DNA from: Eledone cirrhosa
Taxonomy: Eukaryota
Reading direction: 5' to 3'
DNA length: 64,000 bases
NCBI GenBank assembly: GCA_964016885.1
Contig: OZ024747.1
Span: 37,510,001 to 37,574,000, forward strand
Part shown: positions 14,467-28,590 of the stretch, one piece after another
How positions within the stretch are numbered: the stretch's first letter is position 1
Layout: each line of letters begins with the position of its first letter
Notes under the pieces: model-generated
The model's database searches: none
What the model was told of the DNA's origin: nothing
What the model saw: only the letters and a program-made list of their open reading frames with translations
Translations under genes and position numbers: made by a program

Positions 14467-14585
14467 TGTGTGTGTGTGTATATATATATATATACATACA
14501 TATATATAACCCATGCAAGCATGGACAAATGGACATAAAATGGTGATGATGATATATATATATATATATAGAGATAAAAACTTAC

Positions 14586-14653
14586 CCGCCACATTTCAGA
14601 CCAAGAGCCATCAAAGCTGACTTCAATCGATCTAACCCAAGAGAAGCTAATTC
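14586..14653 (-). CDS. SF3A3: SF3A3 coding exon 11 (SAP-like region)
   Basis: ELASLGLDRLKSALMALGLKCGG; cag/GTAAG, 68 nt. Confidence 0.97.
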
Positions 14654-15063
14654 CTGCAAAGATAAAGAAAAACTATGAAGTCTCAAACAATTGTATGGCA
14701 GAAGAGTCATTTTAACTATCTAAGAATACACAATTATTATCATATCAAAGGGGTTATTATCAACAAGAAAAAGCCACAAATAAATTGGAAATGCACAAAG
14801 CAGACTTGTTACTATGACTGCTTCACACATGCAAATTTTAAACACTCAGACCAGTTTGGGAAGAACACATTAAGTGTTTGTTTTGTTTTGAATCATCTGC
14901 ATTTTTACATTTGAGAAGAGGGTTTTAACCCTGAAATATGTTGGAATATACTGGGTAAAAACATTACTTTGTTTTGTTTTATTTGCCATCCTTTGCTCTT
15001 TCTACCATATTGCACTGGCTTTCTGAAACTTATCAGTCATTATAGTCACTTTTTGCTTATTTC

Positions 15064-15339
15064 TTAACCCATTTCACACCAACCTCCACAAAACTGCCTT
15101 AATTTTATGATACAAAATTCACCATTTTAAAATGTTTTTACTTAATATTCTTTCATAATTTTATTTAAGACATTTTTGTTAAATAATATTCCAAATAGCT
15201 TACTAATGAAAAAGTTATTTTATTAAATTCTTCAAATATTCCATTACTAAATCTCTCTTCAAATTCTTCATTACCGTGAAAATTATTTGCAAATCACTTG
15301 TAATGTCTTTTATTAGAAAAATGGTAATGAAAGGGTTAA
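15064..15339. mobile_element. piggyBac-like MITE (TTAA-CCC...GGG-TTAA)
   Basis: Termini ttaaCCCATTTCA / TGAAAGGGttaa. Similar ends at about 25421-25627 and 38038-38351. Confidence 0.6.
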
Positions 15340-17561
15340 GTAAACAATCCTTTAATATTGTATGCTACTCTATTCAGACTTTTCATGATCAGTAAAAATC
15401 ACACTTCTGACAAAAATGCTTCATATAATCTACACTTGTACTGTAACTAATTTAGAATAAGAAAGATTGAAAAGATGGTGCCTACACCAGCTTTAAATAA
15501 AAAATTTTGAACAATTTAGCATATTACAAAACTGGAAGAACAATTTTGCAAAAATCTAATAGCTTTGACTGAAAAATGAATACTGTTTGAAAACTTTTGC
15601 AGTTTAAAATAGCTTCCTGTTAATAAACGGTAGGGATGTTAGAGGTGGTTGAGTGCCATATTATCAACCAAATTGCCTACAAATTGTGACTTATTATCCA
15701 TTGAGGTTAACTTTGCCTTTCATCCTTACGAGGTCGATAAAATAAAGTACCAGTAATGTAGTGGGTAATTGCAGGCCTTGTGCCAAAAGTAGAAACAATT
15801 ATTATTGCTAAGATGTATCCATGGCTAAGGGACATAACTTTCAACTGTCTAGTCCACCAAGCTGCAAGTCAGTACCACAGGGTTACAACACTGATATTCA
15901 AACCAACATTGGAAACATTATCTGAAATATGTTGGCATCATGTCAAGGAGATGCATTTCTCATTTACCTAACACCATAGTAATACGAGATAAGCAAAGAA
16001 CAAAGCAACCTCAGCAGTCCATGAAAAGAAATAATACACTGGTTGGCATTAGGAAGGGCATCCAGCCATAGAAACCAAGCCAAAATACAGATCCGTATGG
16101 GCAAGGCGTGATATCCGGATCTGATGTGTCTCATAACGTGACAACCCGTTTAACATATCCAAGCGTGGAAAAATGGCCATTAAACGATGATGATGATGAT
16201 AATATGTATAGACACATAACACCTGGTGCAGCTGTAGGGATGCTGCATGTCCTTGAAATTTTAGACCTGATGGAGCCCATCTCTCCTCTAGTTCAAACAG
16301 TGCCAATTTCTTACAGGGGAGAAAGAGTGATAGAGAGGAAGTGAGAAAGAGATATAAAAGAATTGACCCCAGTACTGGACTGGTACTTTCATACTGACCT
16401 CCAAAGGATGAAACACAAAGCAAACCTTGGTAGGATTTGAACTCAAAGTGCAAAGAGCTGGAACAAATACCAACGTTCTAATGGCTTGCAATTCACTTGC
16501 AATGGCCCAAATGGAGTAAATCATGTTCATCATCATCTTATGAGACAGGAAGAACAACACCTGGATTTGACAACTGACTGGAGTGAAGGACATAATCAAG
16601 ACCAGCAAGAAGAGCAAACATAGATGGGCTAGCCATGTCTCTCATCTCAGAAACATCAGAAGGAGTATTAGAGCAACAGAGTGGTCTCCAAGGAAGTGGA
16701 GAAGAATTAGAGAACAGCCAAAGGCAAGATGGCACGAGAATCTGACATGATACCTTGGCCCCACATGGCCCAATATGGCTAGAATTATGAAGTGATAAAA
16801 CTCAACTAGGGAAGGGTTCCTCCAACAGGAGTGAGATGGCGCTGGATTTTGGAACTGATCTGCCAATTCACTGCTTCATAACAATATTATAATGTGCTAA
16901 TATAACATTTCAGTGAATTTTTTTTGTCAAGTACAAATATTGTAATTATCAAAAAATAAACAAAGAATTATTAAAACTGAAATACTTTGTATAATGTTCT
17001 TTGTTTGGGACCTGCAGGAATAATGATTTCAGATTTAGGCCGAAGGCTAACAATTTTAAGGGAGGGGAAAGTCAATTAAATTAACCCCAGTGCATTACTG
17101 GTACTTTATTTTATCAACCTTGTCATCATCACCATTTTACATCCGTTCTTCCATGCTAGCATGGGTTAGACGGATTGTCCTGTTATGGGCAGTGTCCGGT
17201 CGGCTAACCTTGTCTTGCTCATACGGGAACTGATTCTGGCTTGATTTCTACAGCTGGATGCCCTTCCTAACACCAACTTCATTTACAGTGTGGGCTGGGT
17301 GCTTTTTTTGCTGTGGCCCCACCACGACCACTTTGCAGTGGAATGATAGGGACCCCAGTCCTATCATCTCATTTCTACAGCTAAATAAACTGGAGCAATG
17401 TGAAATAAAGTGTCTTGCTCAAGGAAACAACACATCACCTGGTCCGAGAATTGAACTCACCTTTCGATTGCAAGCCCAATGCTCTAACCACTAAGCCATG
17501 TGCCTTCAAGGATAACAAAGCTAACCTTGGTGGGATTTGAACTCAGAAAGTAAAGGGACGT

Positions 17562-17573
17562 AACTACTATTCT

Positions 17574-17611
<38 letters not shown>

Positions 17612-17940
17612 TTCATACTAACACCACTACTACTCATACTACTACCACTACTATTCTTACTATCACCACTACTACTGCTACTCACACTACTATTCTTACT
17701 ACCACCACTACTATTCTTACTACCACCATTACTACTCTTACTATCACTACTATTCTTACCACCACCACTACTATTCTCACTATTACCTCACTACTCTTAC
17801 CACCACTGCTACTACTACTCTTACTACCACCACTACTCTTACTACCACCCCTAATATTCATACTACCCCACTACTACTCATACCACCACCCCCACTACTA
17901 CTCATACCACCACCACCACCACTGCTACTACTACTACTCT
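17562..17940. repeat. Degenerate (ACT/ACC)n low-complexity array
   Basis: About 380 bp of ACTACC/ACTATTCTT units. Confidence 0.9.
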
Positions 17941-18449
17941 TGCTAACACCGAGTTGCAGAAATAATGCAATGAAGTAGCACAAATGTTTAGAAAAAAACA
18001 TATCTTTGTCCAGTGAGAATCCTACACAAAATGTATCTTCCAATTCTAATCAAAGGGCAATAATTCGAATATAACAAAATATCACATATCTTTCTTTTGG
18101 CAAAAGAAATCAATTTTTTTTTTATATATCCGATTCTAGCAATATTCCATCATATCGATTATAGAGTCAATGACACAAATTATCTTAATTTTTTCATGAC
18201 CATATTTTTAATGAAATACACTCTATTTCGATTAGTTAATAAGGAATTTTGAGGGATTTAATAAAATTATAATTATTTCATTACTAAGATAGTACCTTAA
18301 TGTAAGGTTCTTATTTAAAATTATATTGGAAGATTTTCATTTAAACTGGAGACCTTGAAATGTGTGGTTTTATTTCATAGAACCAGAGCCATTTTTGGCC
18401 GGATTGGCAACTAAAGGGTTAAATGCTGAAATTCAAATAATATAAAACA

Positions 18450-18924
18450 CTAGCAGTCGTACCCGGCGTTGCACGGGATAAGTTATTTTGGAATGCAGGC
18501 CGCCAACAGACCTAATCATGGAAAAACTGCATGCCTGGACAATCATCATCATCACCTCAAAAAAAGCCCTAAAAAGCTGAAAAAATGAAGTTTTTCACCT
18601 ATTGCAGGCCCTATGCCATAAAAAAGTTGGATTTTCTTTGCTCACGGTATGAAGAAGAGACTGACTAATACAGTTACAATTTCAAGGAAATCAGTCTGAC
18701 GTAACGCCTCAAAAAATTCCTAAAAAGCTGAAAAAACGCAGTTTTTCACTTAATCCGGGCCCTAGATCAAAACATTGAATTTCTTTATGTGCATAACACT
18801 CCCTGAAACACAAGTAATACACATGTAAAGTTTGGAAAAAATCGGTTGGGTACTTCTCGAGTTTTAGGGGTTCAAACTCACAGTCACACACAGACAGACA
18901 TCCTCAGTTTTATATATATATAGA
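18450..18924 (-). mobile_element. Non-autonomous Helitron
   Basis: Minus strand starts a|TCTATATATAT and ends hairpin CCCGTGCAACGCCGGG then CTAG|t; AT target, no TSD. Confidence 0.82.
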
Positions 18925-18981
18925 TATTACTTACATATTGTTATCATATACAAATTTAAGCAAAACGTAGATATATTTTGT

Positions 18982-19733
18982 ATACAGTGTACCCCTGGCA
19001 TTTGCAGTCCCGGTTATTTGCAGAATTTTCCTTAGAACCTAACTAATAATTGTTCGTGGAAACCACCACATATTCGCGGAATTGTAAATATCTTCTGCGA
19101 TTTTTTTATGGCTTTTTTCATGGCAATATATATTTTTTAATGTATTTGCTGGCCTATTGGACGTCCCTTCACATAAGACACTCCCTCTTGTTTTATCATA
19201 TATTACATTGTATTTTGACGTTTATAGGCATTTTTATGGACCACATCCAATATTCGCGGTTTTTCACTCATTGCGGGTGCTCCAGGAATGTAACCCCACA
19301 AATACCGAGGAACAACAGTATACTCAAATATGAGCCGACACCTCTATTTTATGTCTGTGTTTCATTGTGAAATAATCACTCCATATATTTCATTTACATA
19401 AGAACTTTTTGTAAGCTATGCGTAATCTAAGTAACTTTCTCATAATTTATTTGATGTTTACCAAATAAATAATGAGAAAGTTACTTAGATTACTAAATCT
19501 CTTTCAAATTTTTTATTATTGTGAATATTATTTGCAAATCATTAATAATGTCTTTTATTATAGAAATGGTAATTAAAGGGTCAAGTAAACAAGCCTTTAT
19601 CATTGTATGCTATAAATCCTACTACATTCAGAGCTTTCACTTTCTTATTCACATATAGCATAAGCCGACCGCCCATTTTACCATCGACCTTTTGGTCACA
19701 TATTCCTCAGCTTATATTTGAGTATATACAGTA
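18982..19733. mobile_element. Two abutting pogo/Tigger-like MITEs
   Basis: Degenerate CAGT-type termini at about 18983/19320, and TATACTCAAATATGAG ... CTTATATTTGAGTATA inverted termini at about 19318/19730. Confidence 0.6.
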
Positions 19734-20677
19734 CATAAAAGACACAGAATCAAGTAAAAATAGCAGTGGTTGGCATTAGCAAAAATTGTTTTTATTAGTA
19801 GAGTATATATATATATATTTTTTTTTAATGTTCATATGACCCAATTTGCCATAATACAAAAGACCCTACGACAAGTACACGGACTGTGATGCTAAAAATA
19901 AATATGACAAAAGATTGGGGCTACTTTGAATGTTGTGGACCCTTAGCCTGCCATAAATAAAACAACCTTCTCGCCAACATGAAGTGCCGAGTAAACTCAT
20001 CAAGACAACACCTTTGCCATGATTTAATGTATCAATTACATTCTGTAACCCAGTACAACCGGCTTCATAATCAAGTTGTTGACAACTAAATCGACTCCCC
20101 CACCAGGCTTTGGTCCGGTGAGAAGGGTATGTGGAGCCCAAGCAGCACAAAAAACAAGAGCTGTTAAAAAAAGGACAGATGAAGTCGTCAGAGTCAACAG
20201 CCATCCACCATAACTATAAGTTAAATAACCTCACCAGCAGCAATTGGCCAAGCATGGTGAGTCAGACTATGTTTCTGACATGATCAAAACCAAACAGAAA
20301 GTGGTGGAGGTTAATCAGGGAGGGATTCCTCCAACAGGAATGAGAAGGTTCTGGATTGGATGAAGTGATTGAGAATACAAGACACCCACTCCCCTAGAGA
20401 AGACGCTAGTCCATTGCAAGGTTACACCCTCAGCTATTGTAGTACTCATTTTCAGCTGACGGTAAAGTAGTGAAGTCAATTTAATCAACTTTGCCCTAAC
20501 CCAAAATTACTGGCCTTGTATCTAATCGATATGCCAGCACCATAAACGAAACTTAAGGGTTAGTCCACCTCGTGGTCCCAGCCAACAGGATGGAGAAGAC
20601 ATTGCCTCAGAGGACAGCAAGGGGGACATGCTGGAACAGCCATTCCACCTTAGAAAGAATTAAATAACACAACTCAC

Positions 20678-20746
20678 CTCCCATGATGAAAAAGCAGACA
20701 AGTCTAAATGAGCTCCAGCATGGGTCAGGGCACCAGTAGTTTCTTT
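20678..20746 (-). CDS. SF3A3: SF3A3 coding exon 10
   Basis: KETTGALTHAGAHLDLSAFSSWE; tag/GTGAG, 69 nt. Confidence 0.96.
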
Positions 20747-21033
20747 CTATATGAAAATAATTATTTTGAATTAAGTTTAAACACATTAACATTTTAACAT
20801 AAATAATACAAAATGGTAAGAAAGTATTCATGATTTGGCAATGGAGACATGGGGTTCTGATATATGATGAAAGTTGTTTTTGTAACTAACATGATTATTT
20901 TCAAAATTATTTTTAAATTATAGGCAGTGTATTTCATGACAAATAAGAAAGGATTAAAATTGACTTTGATAGTATTGTTAAAGTTTATATTTATATCAAT
21001 AAGATAAGTAATTTTTGTTAAACATTCAAGAGA

Positions 21034-21113
21034 ACTTATATATTCTTGACAGTTAATAAAACTTATATATTCTTGACAGTTAATAAAACTTATATATTCT
21101 TGACAGTTAATAA
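21034..21113. repeat. 27-bp tandem repeat x3
   Basis: ACTTATATATTCTTGACAGTTAATAAA repeated three times. Confidence 0.95.
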
Positions 21114-21864
21114 AAGAAATCAATCAACAAGATCCCAGATCTCATTTGCTTACCAAGTGGGGTGGAACTCGTCAAATTGGATCAAGGAAACAATGTTTCT
21201 ATTGATGTTTCCATTGCTGATACTATCACCGACCGCAACTCCTGGCAGAAAGAGCAACATGAAATAAAGTGTCTTGCTCAAGGACATAACACAGCACCTG
21301 GTCCAGGAATCAAACTCGCAACTCACAAATGTGAACCCAATTCTCTAACCTCTAAGCCACATGCCTTCACAAATGAATACGTTAATAAAAAAGTTTGAAA
21401 ATGAGAGGGTTCACTATAAAGGCAATGGCTCATGGTAGATAATAGTTGAGAAATGTATTTTTTTCCGTCTCTAAGGGTCGCTCTGACCGATCGACAAGAT
21501 CCCAAACCTCTTTCGCTTGCCGAGTAGGGTGGACCTTGTCAAATCAGACCAAAGAAACAATGTTTCCATTGGTCTTTCCATTGCTGATACTATCTACAGT
21601 CGCAACGTGAAATAAAGTGTCTTGCTCAAGGACTCGGTCCGAGAATTGAACTTGCAACCTCACAATTATGAATCCAACTCTCTAACCACTAAGGCACATG
21701 CCTTCACAAGGGTAATTTACCCAATTTTCTCATATAGTGATTGACTGTTATTACAGTTATTTTCTGTGTTTATGACTCCCACATTTTCAAATTACAAAAA
21801 CTCCCAGCACTTTGATAATTTGTATGATTAGTAAATAAATAAGTAAACTTTAGAAGTAACTTAC

Positions 21865-21930
21865 AGGCCATCCAATAAATGTTCCTTCACTCCAGTGCCA
21901 TTCAAAATCTTTCATTACAGACTCCATTTC
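21865..21930 (-). CDS. SF3A3: SF3A3 coding exon 9
   Basis: EMESVMKDFEWHWSEGTFIGWP; cag/GTAAG, 66 nt. Confidence 0.93.
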
Positions 21931-23897
21931 CTGAAAAACAAATCAAGATAAGGAAGCACTGTATAAATTATCAATCAAAGATAAATGTGTTTAATAATGA
22001 TTTGAGGTTAAACCTGTCCTGAATCATCATCATCATTTAACATCTGCTTTCTCTGCTAACAAGGGTTGGACGAATTATCAAGCAAAGGTACTGATCCACA
22101 GATAGGTCAAGAGCCTGCATCTTGCTTACATACATTCCTGCACTCTACCAAGTGCATTTTATTATGTCACCAATACTAGGAATGCTGTCATGTCTTTGAC
22201 ACAGCTGAAGACTCTTCCAAACTCTTTAGAATATGCAACATTGCTGTGCTAATGTCATCTGAGAATACCAAACAAGCATCATGACTATAAAGTCACCTGA
22301 ACCATTAACTATATATTTATGAGTTTGAGCCTTACTACTACAGTTATTACAAACCACAGCAAATTTATAAATCTATTAGTCTCAATTTAGTTCAAGTGTA
22401 AAAATAAATATTCCAACAAAAACCATTTCCCTCACAGTAGTATGAAGATATTTATATCCCATGTAAGTGTGGAAAATGGACGATAAATGGTGGTGATGAT
22501 GATGATCACACAGAAATATTCCATGTTTAAATTTATAAATACCCAACACTGTAATATTATGAAGAAGTAACATTCAATGATAATGAAATCATAAGACACT
22601 TTCAAAAACCCATGCTAACAAATTTATATTTATATATTATAATGCAGACATAACAACAAGCATCTTAAACCCAATTTCCTCACTAAAGCAGGGGTTAGCC
22701 TTTAGGGCACACCATGACAAGCTTCACTACTCTGCCTTATCTACATCCCCCCACACTCCAACAACTCACATTTTCTCCTCTATCATTTTTAGCCATGTCT
22801 TTCTTGGTCTCCTGCTTCCTCCCCTTCCTTTAACATATATTTCCATCACTCCTGTTATCCAGTTCCTTTCATCCTTCCTCAATATGACCTAACAAGAATG
22901 TATTACCAGTACCTCAACAGAAATAACCCACCACTTTGCACATTAGTCTGACAGGTGAATATCATTTTATAACCCACATGAAACAACAAAAATATCCAAC
23001 ACATTGACAGAAGACACAAGACAGAAATGGTGACATCAGATACAATATATTCAAACCTTCCACATAACAAAGGACACAATATCTAAACTAATAAAGTGAT
23101 CAAGTTCAATACCAGCATCTAGATAAAACAAAGAAGCTATAGCAATAATCATTGTCATCATTTAATGTCCACTTTCCCTGCTAGCAAGGGTTGGACAGAT
23201 CTTCATAGACCAAGTCAGTACTGAAATGGGGCTACTGACCTCCAAGACAAGCTGAAAGCTATGCATCTTGCATACATATGGTTATATTGAATGCAAAAGA
23301 AAAGTTGTCATGTCTTTAGACACAAACTGAAGGGTCTTCTCAATCTTTTGTTTGGCAAGCTTTTTATGGCTGGATACTCTTCCTAACATCAACCACTTTA
23401 CAGCATGTACTGAGTGCTTTTATTGTGTAGGTCACCTGCACTAAGGAGGTTGTCATGTCCTTCACACAACTAAGGAGTCCTCCCAACCCTTTGTTTGGCA
23501 AGCTTTCTACAGTTGGATGCACTTCCTATCACCAACTACTTTACAGTCTGTACTGGTTTTTTTTGCAGATCACTACAAATGTCCAGTCCACACTGTAAGG
23601 CGGTTCTCTTGGTGCCACACAGTAAAGTAGTTGTTGGTGTCATGTCAAAAAGCACCCAGTATACACAGTAAAGTGGTTGTTTTGGTGCCACGAAAAAAAG
23701 CACCCAGTCCACACTGTAAATGTGGGTGGTGTTAGGAAGGGCATCCAGCTGTAGAAACCAAGACGCAGTCACCTGATTCCACTTGTCTACAACGGGACAA
23801 CTCGGCTAACCCATGCTAGCATGGAAAATGGATATTAAACAGAGATAATGATATAACTAGAAAGAGCGGAGTAAAAGAAAATATACAGTGAACATAC

Positions 23898-23970
23898 CTC
23901 ATTGATATCAAGCAGTGGTTTCACTTTATAGATGTAATATTCAAGATATTCAAGGAGCATCAGGAGATAA
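23898..23970 (-). CDS. SF3A3: SF3A3 coding exon 8
   Basis: YLLMLLEYLEYYIYKVKPLLDINE; tag/GTATG, 73 nt. Confidence 0.93.
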
Positions 23971-25184
23971 CTAGAAAAAAAAAAGAGAAAGAACAGAATT
24001 ATTTATTTGTGTGAGTTTAAGGAAGGTGTAGTCCATTAAATCAACTTTAGTATGTTAGTGGTTCAAATTTTATTAATACCAGTAACATGAAAAACAAATT
24101 TAACTACAACAGAACTTCAAATCAAAAACACAATGTACCAAACTACATAATATTTTTGTAAAGTGATCATGTTGGTGTCACGATAAAAAATGCCCAGTCC
24201 ACACTGTAAGGTGGTATGTCGACGACATGACAAATGGCACCCAGTCCACACTAAAGCGGTTGTGTTGGTGCCATGATAAAAATAACAGTGTAGCGTCCAC
24301 TTTTCCATGATTGCATGGTTAGACTGATTGTCCACGCAGGGAGGCAATATACTAGGTAAAACGTTACTTTCTTTTGTTTTATTTTCCATCCTTTGCCCTT
24401 TATATATTTCTACCACATTGTACTGGCTTTTTGTAACTTATCGGTGTTGATTATTGTTCAAATATATATTTAAATCTTGGACTGAAATCTCATTATTGTA
24501 TAGCAGATAATTGTTTCTACTTTTGGCACAAGGCCAGAAATTACCCAGTACATTACTGGTACTTTATTTTATCGACCCCGTAAGGATGGAAAGCAAAGTT
24601 AACCTCGGCGGGATTTATAGATTTCAGAAGTTAAATTTTTGTCTTCTGTTATTAGGTTGAAAGTTAGTTATTTCACTAAACAACTCATAATTGTTGATTA
24701 TTTTGATAACCAAAACACAAAGGCAGTAATATTCTTGTTAAAAATAAGGTCACAAAAATGTTTCTGTTTGCCAAACACACTGGGTGAGATAAAGGTAGAG
24801 CCCAGTTTCTGGGAAGTCATGTTCATGCTGTTGTTGATGTTGTTAATACCTTCCTTTGTTTGAGGAAATTGAGAGCAAACCCTGCAAGTATGTTTGTCAC
24901 TATGCCTCCTCAATTGTATTTGTGCATTGTTCATGAGGGAGGACACTTAAAACATGTCTTTCATTTATTTCAGTATAATACAAATGGCAAACAAACAATG
25001 AATTGACAGTCCTAAAACAGGAATTGGGTGCTACTGTTTTACAAAAACAGATGCAACACATTGTAGTGTTGTTAAAAATGAGAAAGCCAACCATTTGTGA
25101 AAAAAAGGATACCACCAAAAGGATTTCGCCAATGAAAGTAACAAAATAAAAATAAAAAAAACATAGAAATATTCATGAACTTAC

Positions 25185-25267
25185 TCCTTGTAAGCACCTC
25201 CCTTTTTGTCTTTAGGGATATCAAAAAACTGGTCAAATGTGGTCAAGTAGGTGATATAGTCAATTTT
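25185..25267 (-). CDS. SF3A3: SF3A3 coding exon 7
   Basis: KIDYITYLTTFDQFFDIPKDKKGGAYK; cag/GTAAG, 83 nt. Confidence 0.95.
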
Positions 25268-27187
25268 CTGAAATAACAACAGAGAAAAAACTATTAGTTT
25301 CTATTATTTCTTGCATTTTTTGGTAAACACTTCAATCATAAATGTTAAAAGTGCTGGCACATAGTGATAGTCTTAGCTGAGATAGAAGGCGAGCCAGACT
25401 ACAGTGCAAAACAAGATGTTTTAACACTTTAACATTTAAACCGGCCATATACAGCCAGAATTTTCTCACCTCGTCCTGTTCAAACCGGCCATAACCGGCT
25501 GCTCATACTTATGTTCTCAAAACAAATAATATCAACATCTCATAGATTCGATATTATATGAGATATCAGTTTTCTGGTGAAAATACAATAGCAAAAATTT
25601 AGAGTAGTGTAAATGCTAAAGGGTTAAAATCTTATATCGAGTGAGCAAACAGAACCTTTCTGTGGCTATGTAACCTGCTAAATACTATAGTCAAATCTCC
25701 CTCATATCACACCCTGACATTAAAGGAATAAAAAAGAGAGAGAAATTACACATTGAATAATGTAGTTCTAGATAGAGAAAATTATGAAATGCAGTGGTTG
25801 GAACACCTTTTATCATACATCTGCTCAATCAGAACTAAACTTCAAGAACTAGGTCAACTCAACATAGACTTTTATACATTGGAGATCAACAAAATAACAA
25901 CCAGTAATTTACTGAGGGTGACAGAAATCAATATGAAGTAAATAAAATTTATGAAGCATTTTCTGATCCAAGATGATTGCTGGGTGAAGAAGTACCAAAT
26001 AATCCCAGTGGAAGGAAGTGGTGAGAGATATCAGATCGCTAAAGAACATAGAGGAGATGATAAAGGAACATGACAAGTGGAGAAATGCTGTACTGAAAAG
26101 GACCCAGTCCAACCCATGCAAGTTGGAACAATGGACATAAAATGATAATGAAGCAAAAAACTCAGATTCAATTCTGGCTGTGGAATGAATATTAAGGCTT
26201 TAATGATATAATTCCATGAGATTATTAGTAGTAGTTCTTGTTGATTAACCCTAATCAAAAAATAGCATTCCAGCCATAATCATCCCCCTTTTCTTTTTCG
26301 GACATACCACAACTGAGACTACTTTCAGTAGAGGGTGGGGGGAAAAAAAAATCGATAATTTTTCGAGGTTGTCCAACCATCTTGCTTAGAATCTACTCTT
26401 GGATCTTCTGCCAGTTGATTTTACCCAGGGATTCTTTCCTGAGACATTTTAACCACATGCCTGTAATACCAAAAGCAGCTTGATGTGGTACTGGCTGGCA
26501 GGAGGACCTCTTCATTCAAACAAGAGGTCAAAGATGCCATCCAAGCAAAGAAAGGAGCCTACAAAACTTGCCTTGGAGATAAGCCCTCCTTCATGCACTT
26601 GCAGTACAAGCAGGCACAAAAGTCGAGAACAGAGACAGTAAAGGCATCCAAAATTAAGAGATAGGAGGACTTTGGGGTTAAGCTGGAACCCTACCATTTA
26701 AAAACTATGTGATTATTTGAGGAAAAGGCATAGCATTGAATTTATTTGTTTTATATTTAACCATCCCATAGAGATCGGGATATTGGATTAAGTGGTACTA
26801 ACATTTTTGAAAACAGTAGGAATTTGGCGTTTGAGCCAAAGTCAGCCCTGATCAAGGAAACCTACGATCAAAGACATTTCAACTGTGACAATTTTATCTT
26901 TATTTTTTTTTTTTTCAGGCATATTATATTTGGGATAACTATATTATCTAATGTGTCCTTCCCTTTTTTTAAGCAGATAAAAGGTGATTTGTGGGAAATT
27001 TAACTCCTTTTTCTAGCAGGATGAGCAGCCATATAGAGATTCCCTCTTTGACTCAGGATTTGTTGTTTGTTGAATGACTTAGGTATTGCAAAGAAAAAGT
27101 TAGAACAGAAGCAACTTCACTGGTTCATGTTGACAAACAGAAAAGTCAAAGAAACAGAGAGGAAATCTTAGTGAACAGAAGACTTAC

Positions 27188-27279
27188 ATCAATTCCTTTT
27201 AAATTGATGAACTTCTCATAACATTCATGCATGTCCAGATATTTCCCATACCCTTCTTCATCAGTAAAATCAACCATGT
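27188..27279 (-). CDS. SF3A3: SF3A3 coding exon 6
   Basis: DMVDFTDEEGYGKYLDMHECYEKFINLKGID; cag/GTAAG, 92 nt. Confidence 0.96.
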
Positions 27280-27934
27280 CTGAAAAAAAAAGAAAATTTA
27301 CATCAATAACAATGCAAGCTATTAAATATAATGGTTTCTGATTTAGGCTGAAGGTCAACAATTTGTGGGAGGGGAAAGTCAATTAAATCGACCCTAGTGC
27401 ATTACTGGTACTTTATTTTATTGAACCCAAACATAAAAGGACATAATTATATGCCATAAAGCATGTCCAACACTTAACCGATACTGCCAATCTACTGCCC
27501 TTCAAACTATTAAATATAAGTCACATCATATTTTTAAACTTTTATCACAGTCTTTGATTGGAGAGGTAATGGGTACTACCAAGCATTTCTAAGGCTCAAT
27601 GAAATGCCATGATGGACACAGTCAAATGTCAAGAGTAGCACCCCAACAACTAGCTGAACAGTTATAGGAACTTGATTGGCTAGTTTTTAAAGTGTCTGTG
27701 TGGCCATGTAGGTATTTGTGTATTTACAAATATTGGCATAGCAATATCATTGCCAACTGCTACAATAGTATAAGGGATGCTGTGTAAAAGCATTAAACTG
27801 AGAGATGAAAATCTTGAAAGTAGTCAAGAGAGTTTTAGTAAAGTTAGCATATAATAAGATTAGTTTGACTTAGATATACTTTTTTTGTGTGATGTTTTTT
27901 GAGCTTAAATAATTTATACTTTCCAAGTAGTAGA

Positions 27935-28210
27935 GCTGCGTGGCCTAGTGGTAAGGGTGTTGGAGTTAAGATCATTATGTCATGGGTTTGATTCCTGAAC
28001 TGGGTTGTGTGCTGTGTTCTTGAGCAAAACACTTCATTTCACATTACTCCAGTATACTCAGCTGAAAATGAATACCAGCAATAGCCTGTGATGGACTGGC
28101 GTCCTGTCCAGGGGGAAGTCTTGTACTGTCAGTCGTTTCACACAATAGAAACTGGGATAAGTACTGGCCTGCTGAACCTCCCAATTCATGGCAGACTTTA
28201 GATTTTAGAT
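27935..28210 (+). mobile_element. tRNA/CORE-like SINE with (TTTAGAC)-like tail
   Basis: Same head as the 13487 SINE with a different body (GCCTGTGATGGACTGGCGTCCTGTCCAGGG). Relatives at about 2480-2750(-) and 3185-3415(-). Confidence 0.8.
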
Positions 28211-28267
28211 GTAGTATTTTGATGATGAAAATGAAATGAAAAAAAAAAAAAAAAAAATGATAAGTAC

Positions 28268-28340
28268 CTTGCATTTCCTCTGAAGTATTTTCTCGTAATT
28301 TAGCCAATTCTTCAAATTCCACAGACATAGGAACATTAAT
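28268..28340 (-). CDS. SF3A3: SF3A3 coding exon 5
   Basis: INVPMSVEFEELAKLRENTSEEMQ; tag/GTAC, 73 nt. Confidence 0.94.
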
Positions 28341-28590
28341 CTAAAGAACAATAAAGACAGAGTCAATGTGAAACTATGAGATGCACCTTTATAACAAGTA
28401 GAGAAACTTCTACAGAAGCAATGACTGCAGCTCACAAATTAATCTTATCAGTGATATACCATATATGCTGGCCGATTGGACGCCCCTTCATATAAGACAC
28501 CCCCTGGATTTACAAGGAAAGTTTGAGAGAAAAAAAAATTTGAGTACATTTTTTCATAAATTTATTTCACTGTTTTTTCGACATTAGTTT

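Noticed and set aside
18925-18960. GTAAGT donor-like site on the minus strand as an extra SF3A3 exon
   Set aside because: No SF3A3-like peptide, and exons 10 and 11 already join in frame.
21034-21113. 27-bp direct repeats resembling CRISPR
   Set aside because: No spacers, no cas genes, and the location is a eukaryotic intron.
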